Source: Vicugna vicugna
Lineage: Eukaryota
Assembly (NCBI GenBank): GCA_013265495.1
Contig: MU057733.1
Span: 237,898 to 257,897, forward strand
Length of the DNA stretch: 20,000 bases
Direction of reading: 5' to 3'
The notes under the pieces are model-generated. The model saw nothing but the letters and a program-made list of their open reading frames with translations. It had not been told where the DNA came from and made no database searches. Below, one piece after another: positions 1 through 10,905 of this stretch. Made by a program: the position numbers and the translations under genes. Each line of letters starts with the position of its first letter. Within the stretch, counting starts at the first letter, position 1.

Positions 1-39
1 ATGCTCTGTTATTTGACATTTATTTATTAATTATTACAG

Positions 40-169
40 GACACAAGAGATGAAAGTAATGAGACTAAAGCCAGCAAGATGAGTAAATTAAAAAGGACAA
101 GAAAGAAAGTCACAAAACTACATGCTTTTTCAACTGAAATAGGAGAAATGGACACATCTGACTCAAAAG
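40..169 (+). CDS. LGSN: Lengsin coding exon 2 (130 nt, phase 0 to 1)
   Basis: Acceptor ttattacag ends at 39 and donor AAG|gtatct starts at 170. Translates to [43 protein letters not shown], matching the recalled lengsin N-terminus (human [28 protein letters not shown]). Not in the ORF track. Confidence 0.92.
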
Positions 170-517
170 GTATCTTGATTCCTCAAGAATGTGTGGTCAA
201 TGACAGTCTCTATTTGGTTTTCCTTTTCATAAAATATTTTTCTATTCTTCTATGAGAGAAACAAAAATGAAATAAAATATACCGCTACATGGGTAACATA
301 AATGATGGTAAACATAGGGTTAGGATATAAATATATAAAAATAATCAAAATATTTAAAATTTATAAGGGGGAATAGGATACTAGAGTAATAGTAGTGGGG
401 AAACAAGATTTCACAGTAGAAAGAGTATGTGAGTAAGAAGAGAAGCATATTTCTGCTCTGAGAATGAGTACAAAAGTCATTACTGACGGAGGCCACAATA
501 AAGGTGTGGATCGAACT

Positions 518-1140
518 TACATAGATTCATTTGTATTATTTTTCAAATTCCATGTATAAGTGATATCATATGATATTTGTCTTTCTTTGTCTGACCTGCT
601 TCACTCAGTATGATAATTTCTAGGTCTATCCTTGTTGCTGCAACAGCAATGTTTCATTTATTATGGCTGAATTATATTCTATTGTACATATATGCCACAG
701 CTTCTTAAAGCAATCATCTACTGATGGACATTTGGGTGGTTTCCATTACTTGGCTCTTGTAAATAGTGCTTCTGTGAACACTGGGGTGCATGTATCTTTT
801 CAAATTAGAGTTTTTGTTTTTCCTGGATTTATGCCCAGGAGTGGGATTGCTGAGTTATATGGTAAGTCTATTTTTAGTTTCTTAAGGAACATCCATACTG
901 TTTTCCATAGTGGCTGCACCGATTTACATTCCCACCAACAGTGAGGAGGGTTCACTTTTTCCCACATCTTCACCAGCATTTATTATTTATAGACTTTTGA
1001 TGATAGCCATTCTGACCGGTGTGAGGTTGAATACTTCCTTGTGGTTTTGATTTGCATTTCCCTAATACCTAGTGATGTTGAGCATCTATTCATGTACCTG
1101 TTGGCCATATGTATGTCTTCTCTGGAGAAAGTCTACTTCA
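518..1140 (-). mobile_element. LINE-1 fragment (end of ORF2 and proximal 3' UTR), antisense arm of an inverted insertion
   Basis: Typical antisense L1 text (ccatactgttttccatagtggctgcaccgatttacattcccaccaacagtg; gtggttttgatttgcatttccctaat). No poly(A) end is visible. Confidence 0.92.
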
Positions 1141-1946
1141 TTTTGTTAAAATGGCCATACTGCCCAAAGCAATCTACAGATTTAATGCAATCTCTATCAA
1201 ATTACTCATGAAGTTTTCCACAGATCTAGAACAAATAATGCTAAAATTTATAAGGAAATACAAAACACCCAGAATTGCCAAAGCAATCCTGAGGGGAAAA
1301 AGAACAAAGCAGGAGGCATAACTCGTCTAGATTTCAGACTATATTACAAAGCTACAGTAATCAAAATAGCATGGTATTGGCACAAAAAATATAGATAAAT
1401 GGAACAAAATAGAGAGCCCAGAAATAAACCCAGACCCCTGTAGTGAATTAGTCTTTGACAAAGGGGGCAAGAATATACAATAGAGAAAAGAGTCTCTTCA
1501 GCCAGTGGTGTTGGGAACCTCACCCAAGAGGTGTTACAGTCTCATGTAAATCAGTGAAATTTGAACACTCCCTCACACCACATACAAAAATAAACTCAAA
1601 ATAGTTTAAAGACCTAAATATAAGACACGATACCGTAAAACTCCGTAGAGAACATTGGCAAAACATTTCGGTGCATAAATTATAGAAATATTTTCTTAGA
1701 TCGGTCACTCAAGATAAAAGAAATAAAAGCAAAAATAAACAAAAGGTACCTAATCAAACTTAAAAGCTTTTGCACAACAAAGGAAATCATCAATAAAATG
1801 AAAAGACATCTTACAGATGGGGAGAAAATATTTGCAGACAATGTGACCAATAAATGGTTAATTTGCAAAACAGACAAACACCTCATGCAACTCAATATCA
1901 AAAAGTAAATAAACAACCTAATCAAAAGATGGGCAGAAGATCTTAA
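1141..1946 (+). mobile_element. LINE-1 ORF2 fragment, sense arm of the same insertion
   Basis: Translates to L1 ORF2-like [20 protein letters not shown], with stops and frameshifts. Ends at gggcagaagatcttaa. Confidence 0.93.
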
Positions 1947-1968
1947 CATTTTTTCTTTATTTCTACAG

Positions 1969-2166
1969 GAAAGATCAGAAACCAAATGGTGTGCCACAAA
2001 TTGGGGGATACTAGTAAACTAGTCATGGAACCTGGCTCTGCTGAATCTCTTTTGCCACAAGATGACAAGGACTCCAAAGATCCCACAATACTGATAAAAC
2101 CATTGCCCCTCGCAACATCAGCCAGTGCTCCTGATGGTGAATTTCACTCAAACTCCAGCTCTCCTG
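1969..2166 (+). CDS. LGSN: Lengsin coding exon 3 (198 nt, symmetric phase 1-1)
   Basis: Polypyrimidine tract plus ttctacag ends at 1968 and donor CCTG|gtaagg starts at 2167. Open and in frame with exons 2 and 4: (G)KIRNQMVCHKLGDTSKLVMEPGSAESLLPQ...SASAPDGEFHSNSSSP. Resembles the recalled mouse lengsin insert (RNQ...PGSAES...APDAEF). Confidence 0.88.
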
Positions 2167-2582
2167 GTAAGGACTCTGGGATGAACTGGTAAATGGCTCT
2201 AGCCACTAATCCCAAATTTGTATTTGAATTAGTGATAATGCGATGTTTGTTGAGGAATGCCAGCCTGGGAGTCAGAATACTTAGTAATGTATAAAACAAT
2301 CATTTATAAAACGTCTTACAGTTTTCTTTACCCCCTAAGCTGGAAGAAGGAGGTTTTGCAGTGGGTGACCTCTCAAGTCTTTTCTAAGAGTGAAGTTCTG
2401 TTGTTCTAAATTTCTGAGTTATCAGTAGTTGATACAGCTATTTTGGCCTATGAGGGTATTGGTTAAAAGTCTCTGGGATCCAAGTGATAGAAACCAGTTT
2501 AAAAAGTTATTTAATTCCACAAGGGAACTCATGATAAAAAGATTCAATAAACAAGGTTTGGAAAGGTAGAAATATAGTAGAG

Positions 2583-3633
2583 TGTGAAGTTAGAGGTACG
2601 ATGTTCACTAGGCTACCTTCGCTTCTGACACCAATTTCAGGACTGGGAGTTCCCTAAGACTAACCTTAGTTCTGATAAATTGGCTACAGGGACTCACAGA
2701 ACTCGCTGAATGCCATTATCCTTAAGGCTTTGGTTTATTGCAAGGGAAAAATACAGATTAAAGTCAATCGAGGGAAGAGATTCATGATGAAGAGTCCATG
2801 AAAATTCTAAGCATGGATCTCCCTCTTGTCCTTTCCCAGTGAAGTCCTGGACAGCATGATTTTCCTGGCAATGACATGTGACAATATAAGTGGAGTGCTG
2901 CCAACCAGGGAAGCTCACCCGAGCCTCGTTGTGAGGAGTCTGTTGGAGCTCCACAGTCAGCTGGCCCCAGGGATGACCTCAATCTCCAGCCCCCACTAGG
3001 GTCAAGTTGTTGCCCCATGACTTGATAATAAATGGCTTTGCTAGATTTTCTAGTGTGGCCAGCGGCGCAAGGAAAACAAAGACACAGGACTCTTGTCAGA
3101 CAGGACGACCCAAGGGCTTAGCGGTGACCTCCCAGGGCCAAGGGGAAAGGCCAGAGCTGTCTCTGGGCAAACTGGTTTATTGCAGGGGAAAAATACAGAT
3201 TAAATCTATCGAGGGAAGAGATTCATGATGAAGAGTCCACGAAAATTCTAAGCATGGATCTCCCTCTTGTCCTTTCCCAGTGAAGTCCTGGACAGCATGA
3301 TTTTCCTGGCAATGACATGTGACAATATAAGCGGAGTGCTGCCAACCAGGGAAGCACACCCTAGCCTTGATGTGAGGAGTCTGTTGGAGCTCCACAGTCA
3401 GCTGGCCCCAGGGCTGACCTCGATCTCCAGCCCCCACTAGGGTCAAGTTGTTGCCCCACGCCTTGATAATAAATGGCTTTGCTAGACTTTCTAGTGTGGC
3501 CAGCGGTGCAAGGAAAACAAAGACACAGGACTCTTGTCAGACAGGATGACCCAAGGGCTTAGCGATGACCTCCCAGGGCCAAGGGGAAAGGCCAGAGCTG
3601 TCTCTGGGCAAGGTGAAATTCTGTAGCACACAC
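2583..3633 (-). mobile_element. Solo LTR, MER77/MER68-like (ERVL), lengthened by an internal duplication
   Basis: TG...CA ends. The reverse complement begins tgtgtgctacagaatttcaccttgcccagagacagctctggcctttcccc, resembling recalled MER68/77 consensus. Subfamily uncertain. Confidence 0.72.
2731..3611. repeat. Tandem duplication A: 2731-3170 and 3173-3611
   Basis: Direct alignment by eye gives about 17 differences in ~440 bp (~96%), with a 2-nt AC spacer at 3171-3172. Confidence 0.97.
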
Positions 3634-3684
3634 AGGGCCTAAGGAGGAGGTGGAGCCCAAGACTGAACACGATTGGGACTCCAA

Positions 3685-4630
3685 GTATATTAGTTTTCCA
3701 TTGTCCCCGTAACACAGTACCACAAATTTAGCATCAAGAACACAACTCGTTATCTCACAGTGCTGTATGTCAGAAGTCTGGCTGATTTCTCTGCTTCAAG
3801 TACGGCAAGGCCAAAATCAAGGTGTTGGCCATCTCCATTCTTAGCTGGAGACTCTAGGGAACAATTCGCTTCCAAGTTCATTCAGATTGTTGGGAGACTT
3901 CAGGGATTTTTTCAGTTGTAGAGCTGATATTTCTGTTTCTTTGCTGGCTGCTAACTTAGCTCTTCAAAGCCTCTTGTTCTGTCTCAGAGCCGGCAGTGCC
4001 TCAAATCCTTCTTGTGTTTGGAATCTCTCTGAATTCCCTTCTTCCACACCTCTTTTCTGCCTACAGCTGGAGAAGGTTCTCTGCTCTTAAGGACTCACCT
4101 GAATAATCCAAGACAGTATCCTTGCTTTAAGGTCCATAACCTTAATCACGTCTGCAACGTCCCTTTTGCCCTGCAGCTCAACAGACTCTACAGGTTCTAG
4201 GCTTCACGGTGTGAATATCTTTGTGGGGAGAATTCACACCATCTCTTATCTCTTTACGTTTCTCTGTGCTTTGGCTTCATACGACTTCAGGGATTTTTTT
4301 CAGTTGTAGAGCTGTTATTTCTGTTTCTTTGCTAGCTGCTAACTTAGCTCTTCAAAGCCTCTTGTTCTGTCTCAGAGCCGGCAGTGCCTCAAATCCTTCT
4401 TGTGTTTGGAATCTCTCTGAATTCCCTTCTTCCACACCTCTTTTCTGCCTACAGCTGGAGAAGGTTCTCTGCTCTTAAGGACTAGCCTGAATAATCCAAG
4501 ACAGTATCCTTGCTTTAAGGTCCATAACCTTAATCACGTCTGCAACGTCCCTTTTGCCCTGCAGCTCAACAGACTCTACAGGTTCTAGGCTTCACGGTGT
4601 GAATATCTTTGTGGGGAGAATTCACACCAT
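3685..4630 (-). mobile_element. MaLR LTR (MLT1D-like), partly duplicated
   Basis: Starts gtatattagttttccattg...gtaacacagtaccacaaatttagc and contains ttatctcacagt, aaatcaaggtgttggc and cttaatcacgtctgcaacgtcccttttgcc, all typical of antisense MLT1. Confidence 0.8.
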
Positions 4631-4668
4631 CTCTTATCTCTTTACGTTTCTCTGTGCTTTGGCTTCAT
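3896..4668. repeat. Tandem duplication B: 3896-4280 and 4283-4668
   Basis: Direct alignment by eye gives about 5 differences in ~385 bp (~99%), with a 2-nt AC spacer at 4281-4282. Confidence 0.97.
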
Positions 4669-4821
4669 GAATTTCTCCATGACGTGAAGAGCACAGCACT
4701 GACAGCCTCCAGGCATCAGGGACTCTCCATACAGATGCCACAGGGGCTGGGCAGGTAATACCAATGAGCGAGGTGAGCTGGTGTAAGAAAGTGGTGAGTG
4801 CTGGCCATGTGGGAACTAGAG

Positions 4822-5018
4822 CAGAGGATGATAAACTATGGCCAGGGGCCAAGTTCAGCTTTCTGGCCAGTCTTAGTAAATAAAGTTTGTGGATCTTCGG
4901 TGGCTGCTTTTGTGCTATGATGGCAGAATTGCATCATTACAACAGAAGACCATATGGACTTGCAAAGCTGCAAGTATTTACTATCTGACCCTCTACAGAA
5001 AACATTTGTCAACCCATG
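4822..5018 (+). mobile_element. MER58A-like hAT-Charlie non-autonomous DNA transposon
   Basis: Degenerate TIRs (cagaggatgataaacta ... catttgtcaacccatg), internal gtaaataaagttt and tatttactatctgaccctctacagaaaa. Degenerate 8-bp TSD aactagag (4814-4821) / aattagaa (5019-5026). Confidence 0.85.
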
Positions 5019-6676
5019 AATTAGAAGATGCATTCCCCATTTGAGGCCACCTCAGAGTTCCGGCCAGTGGTTACTGTGAAGGAATATCTACCCAGCGTTG
5101 CCAAATCTAGTTTTTTCAAGAGAAGATTGAACTCAAGACTTTTATATAAAATTTTCTGTTATCTAAGTGTCAACTCATTCAAACAAGGTTCCAAACACTG
5201 GGAAGACTAATGAGAAAACATCTCCTGGTCATATTGGCTTCTCCATAGTTTTTGGCCTTTGTTTTGTATAGTTTCAGCCAGAAAAGAGAAACGAAATTTA
5301 CCGCTTTTTAGTCTCATGTCAAAATACCTTGAGGAAGGAACTGTGTCATGAGCTCACTTTGTACCAGTTGACTACGGCTAGGAGGATGGGTACAACTATT
5401 CATTGACTCAACTTGGTTAACTCAGAATCTCCCTCTTTGGCCCGGGGCTAGATTAAGTTTTCCACAGGCCTGAAGTATCAAAAAGTTTAAAACTCCAAAC
5501 AAACCGCCAATACGTAATTTCAAAATAAATATAAAAAGCAACCCCCAAAATAAATGTAAGGAATTTCAACATGGTATTTTCTTCTCTGCAATAGCTACTC
5601 TGAATTTTAAAAAATAATATTTTTTTTCCAAAGAAATCTTCCCCCACACCCACTTTTTATTGGTTTTGTTTCTGCCCCGGCTTTTATACCAGGCTATTCT
5701 GACACCTGAGCTTTCCAGCGCTGCTGAGTTAGTGTGATGTGGCCAAAGGGTGGGGCAACCCATCTGTGGTCACAGGGCGGCTCTCAGAGCGGCCAGGAAG
5801 ATGAAGGAGAGGGGCGTGCAGCCCATCCCAGGCACGTGCTCTGTGTGCTGAACGTGGACTCTCAGGAACCTTTCCTTTTCTGAAATGAGTTTTCTGAGAG
5901 CCCAGACGTCCATTCCACCTGCCTTTGTAAGTGACCAAAGCTCACTCTCTGTAACTGAAATGTGCCCTCACTGTCACTGAACACGGATGTCTCCCCAAGG
6001 CCTTTGCTGGCTAGAGAGCCTCAATGCTTGCTTGGATTTTTTTTATGTTTTTGTATTTTTCCCCCTAAACGCTCACAGCAGTAGAACCTTCTCTATAAAA
6101 GCACATTGATTTAATTTATTAGAGCTCTGAGGGGATAGGAATGGAGAGCATCTCCCAGGAGTCAAGTGTCAGAACAGCAAGTGAGCCCTGAACTGCCAGC
6201 TGCCTGCCTGCTGTTCCCGCGCATCTGGGGAGGGCTGGCCAAAAGGTCCACTTGCAGCTACCAAGTGTGATTTATTTGAAGAAAAGAAATTCAGACAATT
6301 CAGATTAGTTGGTACCTTAAAAATGAAGTTAGAATTGGATAAGGTCCTCATACTTGGTGACAAACAACTTTTAAATGAAAATCAATACTTAGGATACATA
6401 GCAACATATGTGATGCCAGTTTTTACTTTTTAATTAGACGAGGTCAAGTCACACAGGATGCCTTAATTAATTATTGAATTATTAAAGGAATAGTGAGTCA
6501 TGTCTATGACATAGCTGTACTGCTACGGGTACTGAGGACTCAGCGGTCAGTAAGTAAGTAAGTAAGCACTCCTCTCCTGGAGAGCTGACACGCAAGTGGG
6601 GAAGACGGGCGGTGAACATGTAACTGTAGTGCGGCAGACGGCAATAAGGGCCCTGAAGAAAATGGAAACTGGTTGA

Positions 6677-7055
6677 TGTATGATGGCCTGAATTGTGTCT
6701 CCTCAAAATTGGTATGTTGAAGTCCTAATCCCCTAGTACCTCACAATACAACTATGTTTAGAGATGCAGTTTTAAAAGAGGTACTTAATGTTGAATGAGT
6801 TCTGTAGGGTGGGCCCTAAGCCAACATGACTGGTGTCCCTGTAAGAAGAGGAGATCACGAAACACACGCACACGGAAGGAAGGCCGTGTGAAGAAGGTGG
6901 CCATCCACAAGCCCAGGAGAGAGGCCTTCTGAAGGAACCAACCTGCTGGCACCTTGATCTTGGACTTCCACCCTCCAGAGCTGTAAGAAAGTAAATTTCT
7001 GTCTAAGCCTCCTGGTCTGCGGCATTCATTACGGGAGCCTGAGCAAACTAACATA
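6677..7055 (+). mobile_element. MaLR solo LTR (MLT1B/MLT1A-like)
   Basis: Contains ctgaattgtgtctcctcaaaattggtatgttgaagtcctaat, gactggtgtccctgtaagaagaggaga and accttgatcttggacttcca, and ends gcaaactaacata. About 380 bp. Confidence 0.88.
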
Positions 7056-7169
7056 TACGTTTGCTGTCCAGCCGTAGTGCAATTTGGTCATCTTAGAATA
7101 ACCTGTGGTTGGACCTGTCCACCTTGTGATAAACTCTCATAGAACTGGTACTTCAGGTGATTGGGTTTT

Positions 7170-7345
7170 TTTCCCCAGCACTTTCATTATGGTAAATGAT
7201 CTCACCTTTACATCTGATGGCATGTTTACTGTCTATCGTTCCCTCGCTCAATAATATAAAGCTCTCTAAGAGCAGGGCTTTTTCTTACAGTTTCCTGGAT
7301 ACATAAATAGTGTGTGGCAACCAATACATATATAATTTGAGTGGA
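7170..7345 (+). mobile_element. Old L2 3' fragment
   Basis: aatataaagctctctaagagcagggctttt...acataaatagtgtgtggcaaccaata...ataatttgagtggataaa resembles the L2 3' end. Highly diverged. Confidence 0.5.
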
Positions 7346-8029
7346 TAAACATTTTCCTTGTTTCAAAATCACACACTGCAGACACTTTAGAAGATACAGA
7401 TAAGGCAAAGAACTAATATGATTACCTATGACCTTATTATTGGTGAACCAATAAAACAACTTTATTCCTTTAATAGGAGATGTCTCTGATTTTTCATGTT
7501 GTTAATGTATTTATAGCTTACATGTGATTGCTTATTGTGTTTAAAAGATTATCTGAAAATGTCTATATTTTGAAATGCCTATACATTTTATTTTCTTTAA
7601 GGAGAGTTATTCATCTTGGGCAGAACACCCAATACTTCAGAATAGGTTGGGAAGAGGGCAACTGCTAATTTAGGGTGAAACACTGTGGTTGCGACAGCTT
7701 AGTTGTTTGTCTAAATGGAAGGTGGTTATAAAGCCTTGGATCCTCAGAGCAGCATGTGTCAGTGAGCGTATCAGTGACGGGACAGCATCTCTAACATGTT
7801 TGCATAGGTAGAACCAGTAATTTGTTTTCCACATGCTTCATGTACTTAAAATCTACTTACTCTATGTTTTTAAACTGTTAAATCTGTATGTTTTTAAAGT
7901 CTAATCATATCTCAGACATCACTTTAAACTTCCAGCTGCTCAACATCAGTGATGTGACAGATCAGTGGGTGTTTAGATTCAGACACGATCATGGTGCCGT
8001 TACAGGGTTAGAGTAATTGTGCTCACCTT

Positions 8030-8250
8030 GTGCATTTAAGAAGCATTGAGATGGTGCTTACTGTCTTCCAGGAACTGTTAAATAACTGTTTAATTATCAT
8101 CACAAGCCTGTGAAGTAGGTAATACTGCGTCAGTGAGAAAGCTGAGGCACATAAGATAGCCGAGATAAGAAAGTTACCAAGGCAAAGGCAGGATTTGGAG
8201 GGAGAGAGATGAGCTTCAGTGCTTGTGCTGAATCACTACCATCTGCTTCC
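8030..8250 (-). mobile_element. MIR SINE remnant
   Basis: tttaattatcatcacaagcctgtgaagtaggtaatact...tgagaaagctgaggcaca is a MIR core signature. Confidence 0.6.
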
Positions 8251-9208
8251 TCTCCTAAAAGTTCAGACAGTAGCGAACATTGATGATGCGTCCTGTGTGC
8301 CCGGTTCTTCTGTATGCTCTAGATATATTCAGTCATTTTGTGGTAATGAGCTACCCATGGGGAATCAAAGGGTCTGGATTCTAGTTTCAGTTTTGGCAAT
8401 GGACTGAAAGCGTGATTCAGGAAACCCCATTATACTTCTCTGGTACTCATGCTGATGAGTTGCTTAAATTATAATTTATCTCCAAAATCTCTTCTAATTC
8501 TGCAGTTTTCGATTTTTGGCTATCTTAAAAGACATGAACATTTCTTTTTAGTTTTCTAACTTTTAAAATTGGGCTTTCAGTCTAGGTTTTTCATCCCCTA
8601 CACTCTCATCCTTGAAAAATACTTTTCTTTGCTCACTTATGCAAATTTACAATTTGACAAAGAGATGTAGATGTCTTAGATTCAGATGCCACTCTAAAGG
8701 TATAAAGCCCTTTTGGCAAACAAAACAAAACAGAAAACAAAAAAGCAAACCCACGGACAATAAACAAAAACAAACAAATAATTTTGCCATTAATCATGCA
8801 GGAGCTTTTAATTTAGGTGACACCAGTTAGTTCAAGAAGCTTGAAGTCTTTTCAATGATAGTCATCTATATAGAGCCTTATATGGTGCCAAAGCTGTCTG
8901 GTTATTCAAATATATTCTAATTTCCATAAGCAAAGGCATTTTCAGTAAGTACTTACACATGATATTGTTACATACTTATGCAAATAGTATTAATTTCACC
9001 TAGTCCCAAGCGTGGACTAGGCTGTTTAGAGACGGTGTTCTTGGGACTATGGTAAAGGCAGAGTAAGAAGGGTAAGATTTCCAACTCTAAGCCAATGGCA
9101 CAAAAATATGACGCTTTTGATTGTAATGAGTAATTCACTGTTCTCTGGCCTCCTTTGGTTTCTCAGTCCATCATGATCTAATGATTTAGACAATTTTTTA
9201 TTTTCCAG

Positions 9209-9375
9209 ATAACTCCAGTGACAGCACCCAAATGCCTACTGCACCTCAACTCTCCTCTAGAATGAAGCACATCAAACAGGAGATGGCCAAAAATCACCTT
9301 CAGTTTGTGCGATTTGAGGCGACAGACCTCCACGGTGTGTCCAGGTCTAAGAGCATCCCCGCACACTTTTTCCAA
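9209..9375 (+). CDS. LGSN: Lengsin coding exon 4 (167 nt, phase 1 to 0), start of the GS beta-grasp domain
   Basis: Acceptor ttttttattttccag ends at 9208 and donor CAA|gtgagt starts at 9376. Encodes (D)[55 protein letters not shown], including the GS-type FVRFxxTDLxG motif. Confidence 0.96.
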
Positions 9376-10210
9376 GTGAGTTCTGCGAGTAGAGTTAAGA
9401 TTGGATGTAATTTCATGACTGTTAGCAAGCAAATGGTCCTTAATACTCTTTCTTATTTTATCATAATCTATATGGCAATTCAAGCTGAAAGTCAGTCATT
9501 TCTCTTATTTCTTCCCTTGTCCCTCCCCAAACACATTATTGTTCCCCAAGGAGCTGAGCATGTATTTTCAGCTCCCAAACATCAATTCACTGACCCAATA
9601 GGAATACAAAACTAATTAAGACTCATTGATAATTTTAGTCCTTCTGCCTTGAATAATTTCACTCCACAGAATTATCTTTTTTCTCTTACTATAATTATGA
9701 AGATTATAGTTTGTTTTATATGAGAAAATTACAGAAGACTCAGAAGCAAATGTAAAAGGAAAAAAAAAAGATTAAATAGAATTTGCTGAGTAAAAAGCAT
9801 ACCCCTTTCAGCTTCGAATTCTGATAAGAAAATACCCTATTGTTGTTGGATGACTTAATGAATGTTATTAAGTTCTCAAGAACAGTAAGATCAAGGAATA
9901 TTGTATCTTTGGATATTTTTTGAGACTTTCTGAGGTTTTTTTCAGCTTATGGCATGGGTTAATAAATGATTTACTGTGTTACTAAAGCATCATTTCTTGG
10001 GAAGGAACATCAGGCAGTATTACACACAAAAGTATAAAAATTAAGCCTCCTCTAAGATTATTTCTTAAACATATATTACTTACTAATTCAATATCATATT
10101 GTAATTCTTCTCATTAGCTTTACATTGGGAAAAACTGGGCATCTTCAAAATGCTTTTTAAAAAATTCCAAAAGGCAAATTTGTTACTGAAAAATTCTTTA
10201 GATCTGCCTG

Positions 10211-10250
10211 CACATACACATACACACACACACACACATACCCACACACA
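10211..10250. repeat. Imperfect (CA)n microsatellite
   Basis: cacatacacatacacacacacacacacatacccacacaca. Confidence 0.9.
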
Positions 10251-10749
10251 AAGGACACAAAGTTTATATATACAGGTCCTTGAGTGAGTTGAAAAATTGA
10301 GCAGGCACTGAATAGTGCTTTACTTATGCGACTTAGTTACTGGCAAAAGCAGACTTGGGTCAGGCAGGTAATATGGCATTTGAAATGTGTAGAGATGGTG
10401 GGAAGTGAAGTGTGGTGGTTCACTGCCAAATGCAAAAGAGTGGGTCAGTAGATTGCTTCTGCTAGCACCATCCCCTCTTTGGTACCCAAGCCAATTTGGC
10501 TTGCAGAATGTTAGTGTTTTATTAACATCACGATGTCCCTAACATTATGGGAACCAAACTTTATAGTCAGCTTTTTCTCCACCCATTAATGTAAACTTCA
10601 ACACATGAAACCTTATTGATGTTCTTATTACACAATTTCTAGAAATTTTTAAATTTATCTGTTCAAATGTATAACCTTATTAATTTCTTGCTGTCTGGCA
10701 CATAGCAAAAGTTAAATAAAAAACCAAATCCATTGACCCCGAGAGGTAT

Positions 10750-10905
10750 ATGGCTGGAAAGTGTCCCAGCAGCCACCTAGTCCAGCACTTTTATTTCACA
10801 GGCGTGGAAGCTGAGGCCGATAGTTCAGTGACCTGCCCAACTTCACACAGGCAATTAATACAAGAGCTTGGGCTGAAAGTTAGGTTTGGAGACACCCAGG
10901 TCATG
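10750..10905 (-). mobile_element. MIR SINE remnant
   Basis: ctagtccagcacttttatttcacaggcgtggaagctgaggcc...gtgacctgcccaacttcacacag is a MIR core signature. Confidence 0.65.

Noticed and set aside
1507..1535. Short direct and inverted repeats (ggtgtt x2; acctc/gaggt) inside the L1
   Set aside because: Possibly a small repair scar, but the repeats are only 5-6 nt and too weak to support without a consensus alignment.
663..1997. ORFs 663-944, 1109-1321, 1520-1708 and 1680-1997 as genes
   Set aside because: All are sense or antisense frames of decayed L1 sequence.
2694..4478. Pairs of near-identical small ORFs (86/89 aa and 67/85 aa) as a duplicated gene family
   Set aside because: They are by-products of the tandem duplications within LTR sequence. 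They use non-ATG starts and show no recognisable protein similarity.
2583..4668. Direct repeats as paired LTRs of a provirus or as a CRISPR-like array
   Set aside because: The copies are adjacent with only 2 nt between them and cover partial LTRs. There is no internal retroviral region and no repeat-spacer periodicity.
6548..6565. (GTAA)n run resembling tandem splice donors
   Set aside because: A simple tetranucleotide repeat, with no supportable upstream exon.
9376..9615. C-terminal extension of the 127-aa ORF
   Set aside because: This is read-through past a canonical gtgagt donor into the intron, and lengsin similarity stops at FFQ.
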